Part shown: piece after piece, positions 22,741 to 37,400 of the stretch | How the letters are laid out: each line of letters begins with the position of its first letter | Position numbering within the stretch: the stretch's first letter is position 1 | Source: Chrysomallon squamiferum | Taxonomy: Eukaryota; Animalia; Mollusca | Direction: 5' to 3' | Assembly: GCA_012295275.1 (NCBI GenBank) | Contig: CM022665.1 | Coordinates: 4,588,001 to 4,652,000 of the forward strand | Length of the DNA: 64,000 nucleotides | Position numbers and translations under genes: made by a program | The notes under the pieces: model-generated | The model's input: only the letters and a program-made list of their open reading frames with translations | Told to the model about the DNA's origin: nothing | The model's database searches: none

Positions 22741-24436
22741 TAAAAATTAAAAATTAAAAATTAATAAAAAAATAATAATAAATAAATAAATAAATAAAGA
22801 ATGATAAATAAATAAATAAATAAATAACAAAAAAAAGAATAAACAGAACAAGTAAATATGTAGAAGGGAACTAAATCATGAAAGTTTTATTTGCAACACT
22901 CAAAGAACGAATGAAGTTATCATTGCCATATCTTTGCGCGCTTGTCACCATTTACTGAGAGAAACTAGTGTCACGTTCACTCATAAACATATATTCATTG
23001 AAAATGGTTAGTTTTTGGTTGTTCAATCGTACAAAACTGGTCGGCAGTAACGCAGATATTGTACAGATTGATACATTTCGAATTTTATATATATATATAT
23101 ATTTATTTCCAGCTGAACAAATTTCAAAGACCGATTATTTTGTTATTTTGATAATGTGCTTTGCACTCAGAAGTCATGTTTGAAAATAATATATATAATT
23201 TTTAAGTATTCCTTCAGCTACCAGTTTATTATTTTAAAATTGCGCGGTCTAATTTTTATTCTACGTCATCGAGCAGACGTGAACGTTGAAAAAAGCCGGC
23301 AAGTCGTTGAGATGAATAAGACAAAACTACGACTGCACTGCTGAAATGAATGTATGTATGTATCAAAAAACATTATGTTTAAGTAAAAATTCAATTAATG
23401 TATATAATGTAGAATTTAACAAAATTCTAACGAGATTCTGTTACAAAGTACAGATTAAAATGGATAAATCAGTTCACATTCACATCTCAGTACCAAACCA
23501 AAACTGTTTATTCAGTCAAAAATAAATAAATTAATTAATTAATTACATTAAATTAAAAAATGAAACGATGACATAAAAAAAAAAAAAAGGTTTTGTGAGC
23601 TCCTTCGTCAGCTTATTTAATTGACCTCACATTTGTTTTAACTAAATATTTTATTAAATTTGAATATCTTAATCTCGATTACAAAGCATAATTCAGATAT
23701 GTCAGAATGAGGCCCTGACGTCAGACCAGTTTCGTCTAAAAATAATGCTGACAGAATTTTTCTAACTTAAGTGTCAGTGACTATCTTTGAGCTCTATTAG
23801 TTTGCCGAAGTTTCAGAAACGCATAGAAGGAACACTTTCGTGACGAAGTTCGCAATTTGCCGATCATTACCATACTAGCTTTGTTTTCATCTGAATAGAA
23901 ATTTTCTAGAAATAAACTGTGCGGAAAAGATTAAAGATTTTCTTAGAACCTTGATAGTATTCTTATTAAAGTATTTTTCTTGTGCGTGTGAAATTCCGTG
24001 TAAGCTACTTTCGGAGACCATGCTGTTTTTAACGGAAAATTGTAGTAAGTACAAAATCGTACTTTCCGCCATTATAGCCAACCCGTGTTCCAAAGTGTTG
24101 TTCGTCCGTTTTCAAATTTTTCAGAATAAAACCATTTCATTTACTAAATAATGTTATCAAAATCTATCGAGCGAACTGTTTTGTAACTACTGCGAGAAAA
24201 AAACAAAAACAAAAAAAATCATATAATTTGGCGATAAAGATTTTAAACAAACCATAATCGCGTAGAGTTACGTCACCTGATCAAAATACTGCCATTTTAT
24301 TGGCTGTTTAATTTTACTTCCAATTCAGGGCGTTAAATGTTTGCTGCATCAGTGTATGTATGTGTGCCAGCTAAATCCGGAAATATTTTAATGTTCTTTA
24401 CTAACTGCTGGCACCAATGTATATTTATTTGCTTTG

Positions 24437-24474
<38 letters not shown>

Positions 24475-25559
24475 ATTTATTTATCTATTTTATTGTATTT
24501 TGGGAGGATGGGGGGGGCGAGTTGCGCGGACTACTTTTTATTCTACGTCACTGAGCAGAAGATAAAATTTCGACATTTGAATAAATGAATGTATGTATTA
24601 ATTTTTATATATTTTTATTTTTTTTATTATTTTCTGTTTAATTAAAAGTTAACTTATTGCATATAATGCAAAATTTAACCAAAATTTTAAAGAGTTTCTG
24701 TTACAAACTACAAACTGAAATGTGTATAAATATATTCAAATCCATACAAAATTTGAAGAAAAAACAAACAAAAATAAAGTCCGAAATACAAATATTTTTG
24801 TATTACTGGAAAGAGCATGGTAAAAAGAATCAAATAATAACATTAATTTTATGATTGTAACTTGAAAAATAATAGATTAATGGTAATTCTTTGCTTCAAA
24901 AATTATGGTAATTTCCCCCCCTTTTTTTTTTTTTCAAGCTTAATTGAACAAATACTGTAAATTCTAATATCTTCCTTAAAAAGAAAGATAACTAACTATG
25001 ATATTTGGATAATATCAACTTCTGAAAGAAACGTGTTGACTGAGTATGAAGAACAAATCTACTAACAGAGTAAATTAACAATATCATGAATATGAAGGAC
25101 GAGGAATAAAAATGTTTAAAATATAATTATTATAAAACTTTTTGAATGGATACCTATTCTAAAACAAATATGTGTATGTGTGTCTGTATCTCTGTGTGAT
25201 GAAGAATATATTTATTTTTATGTTTTCATTCAGATAAATTATAAAATGCCCATGTAAACATGCTCCAATGGTATTTAAAAAAAATTAAAAATTAAATTAC
25301 CAATCAAATGGCACTTTTTTGACGTGACCACTGACGTAACAGGCAGCCACAACAGTTTGTTTACCATCTGCACCGACAAATCGGATGATTTTAATAATGT
25401 TTTGCACAAATAATACTAAATACCTGATCCAGAAAAATGTTCTGGTTTTTTTCGAACTGGCGACGCTCACCATTTGTTTTTAACCTTAATGATTACATGA
25501 AGCTATTATTCGTCGGAAAATTCAACTTACTTGAACAGCAAAAGGATTATTTTAATCAT

Positions 25560-26118
25560 CATCATCTTCTTCTTCTTCTTCTTCTTATCAGTGGTAATAG
25601 TAGTTATAGTTCTACTTAATTTTCAGTAAGGAATGACCTTTTGCAAATTGTAAATTTTCTTTTTATTTCTTTATTTCTATATTATTATTATTATTATTAT
25701 TATATTTTCTATTCGCAGAGTCCAACTCGGGTAATAAAGAAAAGTAAGATTTTGTCACATACCTAAACCTTTTCATACACAGAACATGAACTGTAGACTA
25801 CAGGTTAGTTTCTTACTATTTCCAAGTATAAACAAATAATTAACATCTTATCTGCAGATATTTGATAGGAATATTTAGTCCATATGTAAAAGACTGCACA
25901 CAACTGTGTTGCATCATTTTGCATTATTTTAATTATGTCTTTGTTTCTGTTACAGCTAAATTGTAAATGCAAATACTATTTGATTCTTTTATTCTTCTTC
26001 TTCTTATTATTATCAGTAGAAGTAGTAGTAGTTACATTAATGCTAGTATTTAATCTTCAGTAAAGAACTGCCTTTTGCAAATTCTTTTGTAAATTTACTT
26101 TTTATTTCTTTATTTCTA

Positions 26119-26179
<61 letters not shown>

Positions 26180-27022
26180 TTCTATTCACAGAGTCCAACT
26201 CGGGTAATCAAGAAAAGTAAGATTTTGTCACATACCTAAACCTTTTCATACACAGAACATGAACTGTAGACTACAGGTTAGTTTCTTACTATTTCCAAGT
26301 ATAAACAAATAATTAACATCTTATCTGCAGATATTTGATTGAATATTTAGTCCATATGTAAAAGACTGTGTTGCATCATTTTGCATTATTTTAATAATGT
26401 CTTTGTTTCTGTTACAGCTAAATTGTAAATGCAAATACTATTTGATTATTTTATTATTATTCTTCTTCTTATTATTATTATCAGTAGAAGTAGTAGTAGT
26501 TACATTAATGCTAGTATTTAATCTTCAGTAAAGAACTGCCTTTTGCAAATTCTTTTGTAAATTTACTTTTTATGTCTTTATTTCTATATTATTATTATTA
26601 TTATTATTTTCTATTCGCAGAGTCCAACTCGGGTAATCAAGAAAAGTAAGATTTTGTCACATACCTAAACCTTTTCATACACAGAACATGAACTGTAGAC
26701 TACAGGTTAATTTCTTACTATTTCCAAGTATAAACAAATAATTAACATCTTGTCTGCAGATATTTGATTGAATATTTAGTCCATATGTAAAAGACTACAC
26801 ACAATTGTGTTGCAACATTTTGCATTATTTTAACAATGTCTTTGTTTCTGTTACAGCTAAATTGTAAATGCAAATACTATTTGATTCTTTTATTCTTCTT
26901 CTTCTTATTATTATTATCAGTAGAAGTAGTAGTAGTTACATTAATGCTAGTATTTAATCTTCAGTAAAGAACTGCCTTTTGCAAATTCTTTTGTAAATTT
27001 ACTTTTTATGTCTTTATTTCTA

Positions 27023-27056
<34 letters not shown>

Positions 27057-27660
27057 TATTATTACTTTAGTTATATTGTTTTGTTATTATTATTATTATA
27101 TTTTCTGTTTGCAGTGTACAACTCAGGAATTCAAGAAAAGTAAGATTTTGTCACATACATAAGCCTTTTCATACACAGAACATGAACTGTAGACTACAGG
27201 TTAGTTTCTTCTTACTATTTCCAAGTATAAACAAATAATTAACATGTTGTCTGCAGATATTTTATTGAATATTTAGTCCATATATAAAAAGATTGCACAA
27301 AACGGTGTTACATCATTTTGCATTAATTGTAATAATGTCTTTGTTTCTGTTACAGCTAAACTGTTAGCACAAATATCTGTGTTGGAGCTGTTTTTTCTGC
27401 CCAGTTTTAATCATTGTATGACTAATTCTTAGGTGTCAGCATTATTTAATTCCTTTAATCTTCTTTTTCTTATTCTTCTTCTTAGCTGTAGTAGTAGTAT
27501 TAGTGATAGTAGTAGTAGTAATCTTGTTTGCAGTAGTACTAGTATTTAATCGTCAGTAAAGAACTACCTGTTGCATATTTTGTAAATTTTGTATTTATTT
27601 ATTTTTTACTATTTTATTTATTTAGTTCTTGTTATCTTTTTATTTTCTCTTTGCAGTCTC
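25560..27660 (+). repeat. Tandem repeat, ~4.5 units of ~430-540 bp, rich in splice-site-like motifs
   Basis: The marker CAG|AGTCCAACTCGGG recurs at 25719, 26192 and 26621, with diverged versions at 27115 and 27657. Length variation comes mostly from (TAT)n tracts. Confidence 0.9.
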
Positions 27661-28049
27661 CAACAGATAAGGCATTTTAACCTACTACAGAACCAGTTTT
27701 AAAGCACGATTCAGTCACTGACAGATACAGTACAGTCATCATAGCAAGTTTATGCTACAAGGACCACAAACAGACCAAAGTGACTAGATCTACAGTCTGA
27801 ACAAGGATTACGGCTTCAGTAACAAATAAATTATTAAATATTTAAATATCTATTACTTAAGATTTCATCTTAAAACATTTTGTTCTGTTTTAGAGAGAGA
27901 GAATGATTGATTAATTCATACACATATGACACACACATATACATAGAGATATATGAAAAAAGATCCAGTGAAGAGAAATAACTGCTATATCTTACTGTTG
28001 AAAAATAATTGCTTTTATACTTTCCTATTTTAAGTATTTATAACTGAAA

Positions 28050-28402
28050 ATATTATATACTTACATGCTCCCCAAATAATGTTCTCTTCACTGTTTCTTA
28101 AAGCACTTGATCTTTTTAATCATCTTTATAACAGTTCAGGCAAAACAAAGGAAATCACTCCTACTCTGTAGTTTATTGATGTTTGAAATATTATTTAACA
28201 TTTTGTTGTATTGCTCAAATCGTATCATTCAGTGATGAATTTATATGAAAGGAGAAACTATCATACCAGTGTTAATTGGAACAGTGGATATTAATTTATC
28301 ATTATAATTATACAAAAGGAAAAGAAGAATTAAGATAAACAATATTTATTTTGCTCTTTGTTTTATCTGTGATTTTTTTTTTTTTTTTTTTTTTAAATAA
28401 AT

Positions 28403-28437
<35 letters not shown>

Positions 28438-31400
28438 CCTTTCTAAAATTATTACATTTTTTCTCAATACTTATTATTTACATTTTATCTGTTAATGAGT
28501 TGTTTGAACTGGCATATCCCATCTCACCTAAATTAAGAGAAAATTACTAGACTTAATTTATTTTTATTATAATTAGTAATGTAGAATTCTTTTTATTTTT
28601 TGGATTTTTTTTTGGATTTGTTTTTTTTTTCATAGCATTTATTTCTGAAAATATTATCTATGTGCTCCCATACATGTCAGTTAATTAGAACTGTATGATG
28701 CTTAAATTATCTAATTTCTTTGTAGTGTTATTTTATTGTTTGATTTTATATTATTATTCTTTTTTATTATTTTTTTCTTCATTTTCATTCTATTAACATC
28801 CATACAATAAGTGTTTGTAAATTATGTGAATGTATTCCCTGCTTATTTTTATTTTTTTTTTAAAGAAGAAGATATCATGCCAATCTTAATAGGAACAATT
28901 TATATTAATTTATAGTTACAATTATACAAAAGAAAAACAATTAAGATAAACAATATTTATTTAGTTCTTTTTTAACTTTTTTTTTTTCATCTGGGTCTGG
29001 CTGTGTTCCTTTTCTTAAATTATTATAATTATTGTATTTTTTCGCAATGATAAATTGCAGTAGGCTTTGAATGATTTCAGTCACATAAGACCATTAATTA
29101 CAAAGTATGGACAACACTTCTCTTTTAGTGTTTGTGTATTGTGGTGCTGATATTTGTCATTTGGAAACAGCATCAAACGAACTAGTTGCCATGGTATACT
29201 CCATAATGTTTTAACCTCTATGAATTTAAAATAACAATATTAATATACCATTTGTTTTTCTTAAATTTTCCTTCTTCTTTCCTTTTTCTCTTAGTGGGAA
29301 ATTAAAGTTTTCCTTTCTAATTGACTTTTATATCATTTTAGATAATTAGAACTTTATAATGCTTAAATTATCTAATTTCTTTGTACTGTTATTTATTTAT
29401 TGATTTATTATTTCTTTTTTTCTTCCAGTTTTCACAGTATTAATATCCATACAATAAGTATTTCTTACATAAGATTAGCATGAGATTCCTTTGTTTGAAT
29501 TGGTCTTTCAGATTGCATCCAAATCTACAGCAAACTCACACTTTCAGTTTGTCTTCTTCATGAACATATTGTTGTGTCTTTCTTCACACTTCGGATAAAG
29601 TTTTTGTAATTATCTCAATGTATTCCCTGATTACTTTTTTCATTTTATGTCTTAATGAGTTTTACTTACTTATGGTTAGTACCATAATCCTGTTGTAAGA
29701 ACTGGTGTGTCACATCCCATCTAAATTTAGAGCAAACTACTGCACTCAGTTTATTTTTATTGTAATTAGTAATGTAGAATTATTTTTATTTTTTTATATT
29801 TTTTTTCGTAGCATTTATTTCTGAAAATATTATCTACGTGCTCCGATCACATGTCAGTTAATTAGAACTGTATAATGCTTAAATTATCTAATTTCTTTGT
29901 AGTTTTATTTTATTGTTTGATTTTATATTATTATTTTTTGTATTATTTTTTTCTTCGTTTTCATTCTATTAATATCCACAGAATAAGTGTTTGTAAGTTA
30001 TGTGAATATATTCCCAGCTTACTTTTATTTTTTTTTTAAAGAAGAAGCTATCATTACAGTCTTAATAGGAACAGTTTATATTAATTTATAGTTACAATTA
30101 TACAAAAGAAAAACAATTAAAATAAACAATATTTATTTATTCTTTTTCTTTTATAAACAATATTTACTTAATTCTTTTTTAACTTTTTTTTTTTTTTTTT
30201 TTTTTTTTCAGTCTGGTTCTTTTCCTTTTCTTAAATTGTTATAATTATTGTATTTTTTCGCAATGATAATAAGGTAAAATTGCAGTAGGCTTTGAATAAT
30301 TTTGGTCACATAAGACCATTAATTCCAAAGTACGGACAACACTTCTCTTTTAGTGTTTGTATACTATGGTGCTGATATTTGTCATTTGGAAACACCATCA
30401 TACAAACTAGTTGCCATGGTATACTCCATAATTTTTTAACCTCTATGAATTTAAAAATATCAATATTAATCTATCATGCCAATCTTAATGGGAACAGTGA
30501 ATCTTAATTTATAGTTATAATTTTACAAAAGAAAAAAGAATTAGTATAAACAATTTTTACTTACTGATTTTTTATTATTTTTTTCTATGCACGTAGGCAC
30601 AAATAGCAGTAGGCATTGAATGATTTCAGTGATGTGAGACCAGCAATTAGAAAGTACGAAAAGCAGATCTCTTCTTGTCTCTGTAATGTGGTGCTGATAT
30701 TTGTCATTTCCATACAGCACCATGGAAACCAGCTTCCAATTTTTCAACCTGTGAATTTACAATATTAATATTAACATACCACATTTAGTTGTCTTGTTTC
30801 TTCTTCTTCTTTCAGTGATAAATTAAAATTGTTCCTTACTAATTAACTTTTATCTCATTCTCATAAAACAGTTCCTCCATGTGCTCTTACTCCAGTCGAT
30901 TACACCGATTGGTAACAGCCTTCATGGTCTTATCTCTGTGAAAAATATAATATTATTAATATGTCATTTCCATACTTCCTTTTCCTCCATTTCTGTCTTC
31001 TCCCATACATGTCAGTTAATTAGAACTTTATAATGCTTAAATTATCTAATTTCTTTGTAATGTTATTTATTTAGTGATTGATTTTTTCCCCAGTTTTCAT
31101 ATTATTAATATCCAGTAAGTGTTTTTTGTAAGTTATGTCAATATATTCCCTGCTTATTATTTTCATTTTATATCATCATGAATGTTTCTTACATAAGATT
31201 AGCATGAGATTCCTTTGTTTGAATTGGTCTTTCAGATTGCATCCAGATCTACAGCAAACTAATACCTTCAGTTTGTCTTCTTCATGAACATATTGTTGTG
31301 TCTTTCTTCACACTTCGGATAAAGTTTTTGTAATTATCTCAACGTATTCCCTGATTACTTTTTCATTTTATGTCTTAATGAGTTTTACTTACTTATGATT

Positions 31401-34400
31401 AGTACCATAATCCTGTTGTAAGAACTGGTGTATCACATCACATTTAAATTTAGAGAAAACTACTACCCTCAGTTTATTTTTATTATAATTGGTAACTTAG
31501 AATTCTTTTTTTCTTTTTTTCTTTTTTTTTTAGCATTTATTTCTGAAAATATCTTGAAACATTATATACATATATGCTGCCTAAATATTTCTCTTCAATG
31601 TTCCTTAAACCACCCGATGTGTTTAATTATGTTTCCAATATAGCTATCGCTAAACAAAAGAAGTAACTAGTTCTGTGTAGTTTAGTCATGTTATTTGAAA
31701 TATTATTTAACATTTTGTGTGTTATTGAAATCGTATCATTCAGTGATGAATTTATTTCAAAAGGGAAACGATCATGCCAATCTTAATGGGAACAGTGAAT
31801 CTTAATTTATAGTTATAATTATACAAAAGAAAAAGAAGAATTAGGATAAACAATTTTTACTTACTGATTTTTTTTTTTTTTTTTCTATGCACGTAGTCAC
31901 AAATAGCAGTAGGCTTTGAATGATTTCAGTGATGTGACACCAGCAATTACAAAGTACGAAAGAGCAGATCTCTTCTTGTCTCTGTAATATGGTGCTGACA
32001 TTTGTCATTTCCATACAGAACCATGGAAACCAGCTTCTAATTTTTCAACCTGTAAATTTAAAATATTAATACTAACATACCACATTTAGTAGTCTTGTTT
32101 TTTTTTCTTCTTTCAGTGATAAATTAAAATTGTTCCTTACTAATTGACTTTTATCTCATTCTCGTAAAACAGTTCCTCCATGTACTCTTACTCCAGTCAA
32201 TTACACCGATTGGTAACAGCCTTCATGGTCTTATCTCTGTAAGAAACATAATATTATTAATATGTCATTTCCATTCTTCTTTTTCCTCCATTTCTGTCTC
32301 CTCCCATACATGTCAGTTAATTAGAACATTATAATGCTTAAATAATCTAATTTCTTTGTAATGTTATTTATTTAGTGATTGATTTTTTCCCCAGTTTTCA
32401 TATTAATATCCTAACAGTAAGTGCTTTTTGTAAGTTATGTAAATATATTCCCTGCTAATTATTTTCATTTTATGTCATGAATGTTTCTTACATAAGATTA
32501 GCATGAGATTCCTTTGTTTGAATTGGTCTTTCAGATTGCATCCAAATCTACAGCAAACTCACACTTTCAGTTTGTCTTCTTCATGAACATATTGTTGTGT
32601 CTTTCTTCACACTTCGGATAAAGTTTTTGTAATTATCTCAACGTATTCCCTGATTACTTTTTTCATTTTATGTCTTAATGAGTTTTACTTACTTATGATT
32701 AGCACCATAATCCTGTTCTAAGAACTGGTGTATCACATCCTATCTAAATTTAGAGCAAACTACTGCAGTCGGTTTCTTTTTATTATAATTAGTAATGTAG
32801 AATTATTTTTGTTTTTTATATTTTTAGGTTTATTTTTATTTTTTTCTTAGCATTTATTTCTGAAAATATTGTCTATGTTCTACGTAACATGTCAGTTAAT
32901 TAGAACTGTATAATGCTTAAATTATCTAATTTCTTTGTAGTTTTATTTTATTGTTTGATTTTATATTAGTATTCTTCTTATTCTTTTTTCTTCGTTTTCA
33001 TTCTATTTATATCCATACACTAAGTGTTTGTAAGTTAGGTAAATGTATTCCCTGCTTTTATTTTTTTTTTAAAGAAACTATCATGCCAATTTGAATAGGA
33101 ACAGTTTATATTAATTTATATTTACAATTATACAAAATAAAAACAACTAAGATAAACAATATTTATTTACTCTTTCTTTTATAAACAATATTTACTTAGT
33201 TCTTTTTTAACTCTTTTTTTTTTTTGTGGGCCTGGCTGTACTCCTTTTCTTAAATTGTTATAATTATTGTATTTTTTCGCAATTATAATAGGGTAAAATT
33301 GCAGTAGGCTTTGAATGATTTCAGTCAAATAAGACCATTAATTGCAAAGTACGGACAACACTTCTCTTTTAGCGTTTGTATACTATGGTGCTGATATTTG
33401 TCATTTAGAAACACCATCATACAAACCAGTTCCCATAATTTTTTAACCTCTATGAATTTAAAATATCAATATTAATCTATCATACCAATCTTAATGGGAA
33501 CAGTGAATCTTAATTTATAGTTATAATTATACAAAAGAAAAAGAAGAATTAGTATAAACAAGTTTTACTTACTGATTTTTTATTATTTTTTTCTATGCAC
33601 GTAGTCACAAATAGCAGTAGGCTTTGAATGATTTCAGTGATGTGAGACCAGCAATTAGAAAGTACGAAAAGCAGATCTCTTCTTGTCTCTGTAATATGGT
33701 GCTGATATTTGTTATTTCCATACAGCACCATGGAAACCAGCTTCCAATTTTTCAACCTGTGAATTTACAATATTAATATTAACATTTAGTTGTCTTGTTT
33801 TTTCTTCAATTTTGTTTTTCTTCTTCTTTCAGTGATAAATTAAAATTGTTCCTTACTAATTGACTTTTATCTCATTCTCGTAAAATAATTCCTCCATCTA
33901 CTATTACTCCAGTCGATTATACCGATTGGTAACAGCCTTCATGGTCTTATCTCTGTGAGAAACATAATATTATTAATATGTCATTTCCATACTTCCTTTT
34001 CCTCCATTTCTGTCTTCTCCCATACATGTCAGTTAATTAGAACTTTATAATGCTTAAATTATCTAATTTCTTTGTAATGTTATTTATTTAGTGATTGATT
34101 TTTTCCCCAGTTTTCATATTATTAATATCCAGTAAGTGTTTTTTGTAAGTTATGTAAATATATTCCCTGCTTATTATTTTCATTTTATATCATCATGAAT
34201 GTTTCTTACATAAGATTAGCATGAGATTCCTTTGTTTGAATTGGTCTTTCAGATTGCATCCAAATCTACAGCAAACTAATACCTTCAGTTTGTCTTCTTC
34301 ATGAACATATTGTTGTGTCTTTCTTCACACTTCGGATAAAGTTTTTGTAATTATCTCAACGTATTCCCTGCTTACTTTTTTCATTTTATGTCTTAATGAG

Positions 34401-37400
34401 TTTTACTTACTTATGATTAGCACCATAATCCTGTTGTAAGAACTGGTGTATCACATCACATTTAAATTTAGAGAAAACTACTACCCTCAGTTTATTTTTA
34501 TTATAATTGGTAACTTAGAATTCTTCCTTTTTTTTTCTTTCTTTTTTTTTGTATCATTTATTTCTGAAAATATCTTGAAACATTATATACATATATGCTG
34601 CCTAAATATTTCTCTTCAGTGTTCCTTAAACCACTCGATGTGTTTAATTATGTTTCCAATATAGCTATCGCTAAACAAAAGAAGTAACTAGTTCTGTGTA
34701 GTTTAGTCATGTTATTTGAAATAGTATTTAACATTTTGTGTGTTATTGAAATCGTATCATTCAGTGATGAATTTATATCAAAAGGGAAACGATCATGCCA
34801 ATCTTAATGGGAACAGTGAATCTTAATTTATAGTTATAATTATACAAAAGAAAAAGAAGAATTAGGATAAACAATTTTTAGTTACTATTTTTTTTTTTTT
34901 TTTGTTCTATGCCTGTAGGCACAAATAGCAGTAGGCTTTGAATGACTTCAGTGATGTGACACCAGCAATTACAAAGTACGAAAAGCAGATCTCTTCTTGT
35001 CTCTGTAATATGGTGCTGATATTTGTCATTTCCATACAGCACCATGGAAACCAGCTTCCAATTTTTCAACATGTGAATTTACAATATTAATATTAACATA
35101 CCACATTTAGTTGTCTTGTTTCTTCTTCTTCTTTCAGTGATAAATTAAAATTGTTCCTTACTAATTGACTTTTATCTCATTCTCGTAAAACAGTTCCTCC
35201 ATGTACTCTTACTCCAGTCGATTACACCGATTGGTAACAGCCTTCATGGTCTTATCTCTGTGAAAAATATAATATTATTAATATGTCATTTCCATACTTC
35301 CTTTTCCTCCATTTCTGTCTCCTCCCATACATGTCAGTTAATTAGAACATTATAATGCTTAAATTACCTAATTTCTTTATGTTATTTATTTAGTCATTGA
35401 TTTTTTTCCCCAGTTTTTATATTATTAATATCTAAACAGTGTTTATAAGTTATGTAAATATATTCCCTGCTAATTATTTTCATTTTATATCATTATGAAT
35501 GTTTCTTACATAAGCTTAGCATGAGATTCCTTTGTTTGAATTGGTCTTTCAGATTGCATCCAAACCTACAGCAAACTAATACCTTCAGTTTGTCTTCTTC
35601 ATGAACATATTGTTGTGTCTTTCTTCACACTTCGGATAAAGTTTTTGTAATTATCTCAACGTATTCCCTGCTTAATTTTTTCATTTTATGTCTTAACGAG
35701 TTTTACTTACTTATGATTAGCACCATAATCCTGTTGTAAGAACTGGTGTATCACATACCATTTAAATTTAGAGGAAACTACTACCCTCATTTTATTTTTA
35801 TTATAATTGTTAATGTAGATTTTTTTATTATTATTATTATTTTTTGTTTTTGTAGCATTTATTTCTTTAAATATCTTGAAATATTATATACATATGTGAT
35901 GCCTAAATATTTCTCTTCAGTGTTCCTTAAACCACTCGATGTGTTTAATTATGTTTCCAATATAGCTATCGCTAAACAAATGAAGTAACTAGTTCTGTGT
36001 AAATTAGTCATGTTATTTGAAATATTATTTAACATTTTGTGTGTTATTGAAAACGTATCATTCAGTGATGAATTTATATCAAAAGGGAAACGATCATGCC
36101 AATCTTAATGAGAACAGTGAATCTTAATTTATAGTTATAATTATACAAAAGAAAAAGAAGAATTAGGATAAACAATTTTACTTACTGATTTTTTTTTTTT
36201 TTTTCTTTGCACGTAGGCACAAATAGCAGTAGGCTTTGAATAATTTCAGTGATGTGAGACCAGCAATTAGAAACTACGAAAAGCAGATCTCTTCTTGTCT
36301 CTGTAATATGGTGCTGATATTTGTCATTTCCATACAGCACCATGGAAACCAGCTTCCAATTTTTCAATCTGTGAATTTAAAATACTAATATTAACATACC
36401 ACATTTAGTTGTCTTGTTTTTTCTTCAATTTTGTTTTTCTTCTTCTTTCAGTGATAAATTAAAATTGTTCCTTACTAATTGACTTTTATCTCATTCTCGT
36501 AAAATAATTCCTCCATCTACTCTTACTCCAGTCGATTACACCGATTGGTAACAGCCTTCATGGTCTTATCTCTGTGAAAAACATAATATTATTAATATTT
36601 CATTTCCATTCTTCCTTTTCCTCCATTTCTGTCTCCTCCCATACATGTCAGTTAATTAGAACTTTATAATGCTTAAATTATCTAATTTCCTTGTAATGTT
36701 ATTTATTTAGTGATTGATTTTTTTCCCCAGTTTTCATATTAATATCCAAACAGTAAGTGTTTCTAAGTTATGTAAATATATTCCCTGCTTATTATTTTCA
36801 TTTTATATCATCATGAATGTTTCTTACATTAGGTTAGCATGAAATTCCTTTGTTTGAATTGGTCTTTCAGATTGCATCCAAATCTACAGCAAACTAATAC
36901 CTTCAGTTTGTCTTCTTCATGAACATATTGTTGTGTCTTTCTTCACACTTCGGATAAAGTTTTTGTAATTATCTCAACGTATTCCCTGATTACTGTTTTC
37001 ATTTTATGTCTTAATGAGTTTTACTTACTTATGATTAGCACCATAATCCTGTTGTAAGAACTGGTGTATCACATCCCATCTAAATTCAGAGCAAACTACT
37101 GCAGTCAGTTTATTTTTTATTATAATTAGTAATGTAGAATTCTATTTATGTTTTATTTTATTTTGTTTTATAACATTTCATTCTGAAGATATTATCTTGA
37201 AACATTATATACATATATGCTGCCTAAATATTTCTCTTTAGTGTTCCTTAAACCACTCAATGTATTTAATTATGTTTCCAATATAGCTATCGCTAAACAA
37301 AAGAAGTCACTAGTACTGTCAAGTTTAGTCATGTTATTTGAAATAGTATTTAACATTTTGTGTGTTATTGAAATCGTATCATTCAGTGATGAATTTATAT

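Noticed and set aside
22900-24750. Diverged direct repeat (~23240-23470 vs ~24520-24730) with promoter-like words (GCCATTTT, ATTGG, ACGTCA)
   Set aside because: No associated exon or ORF could be supported.
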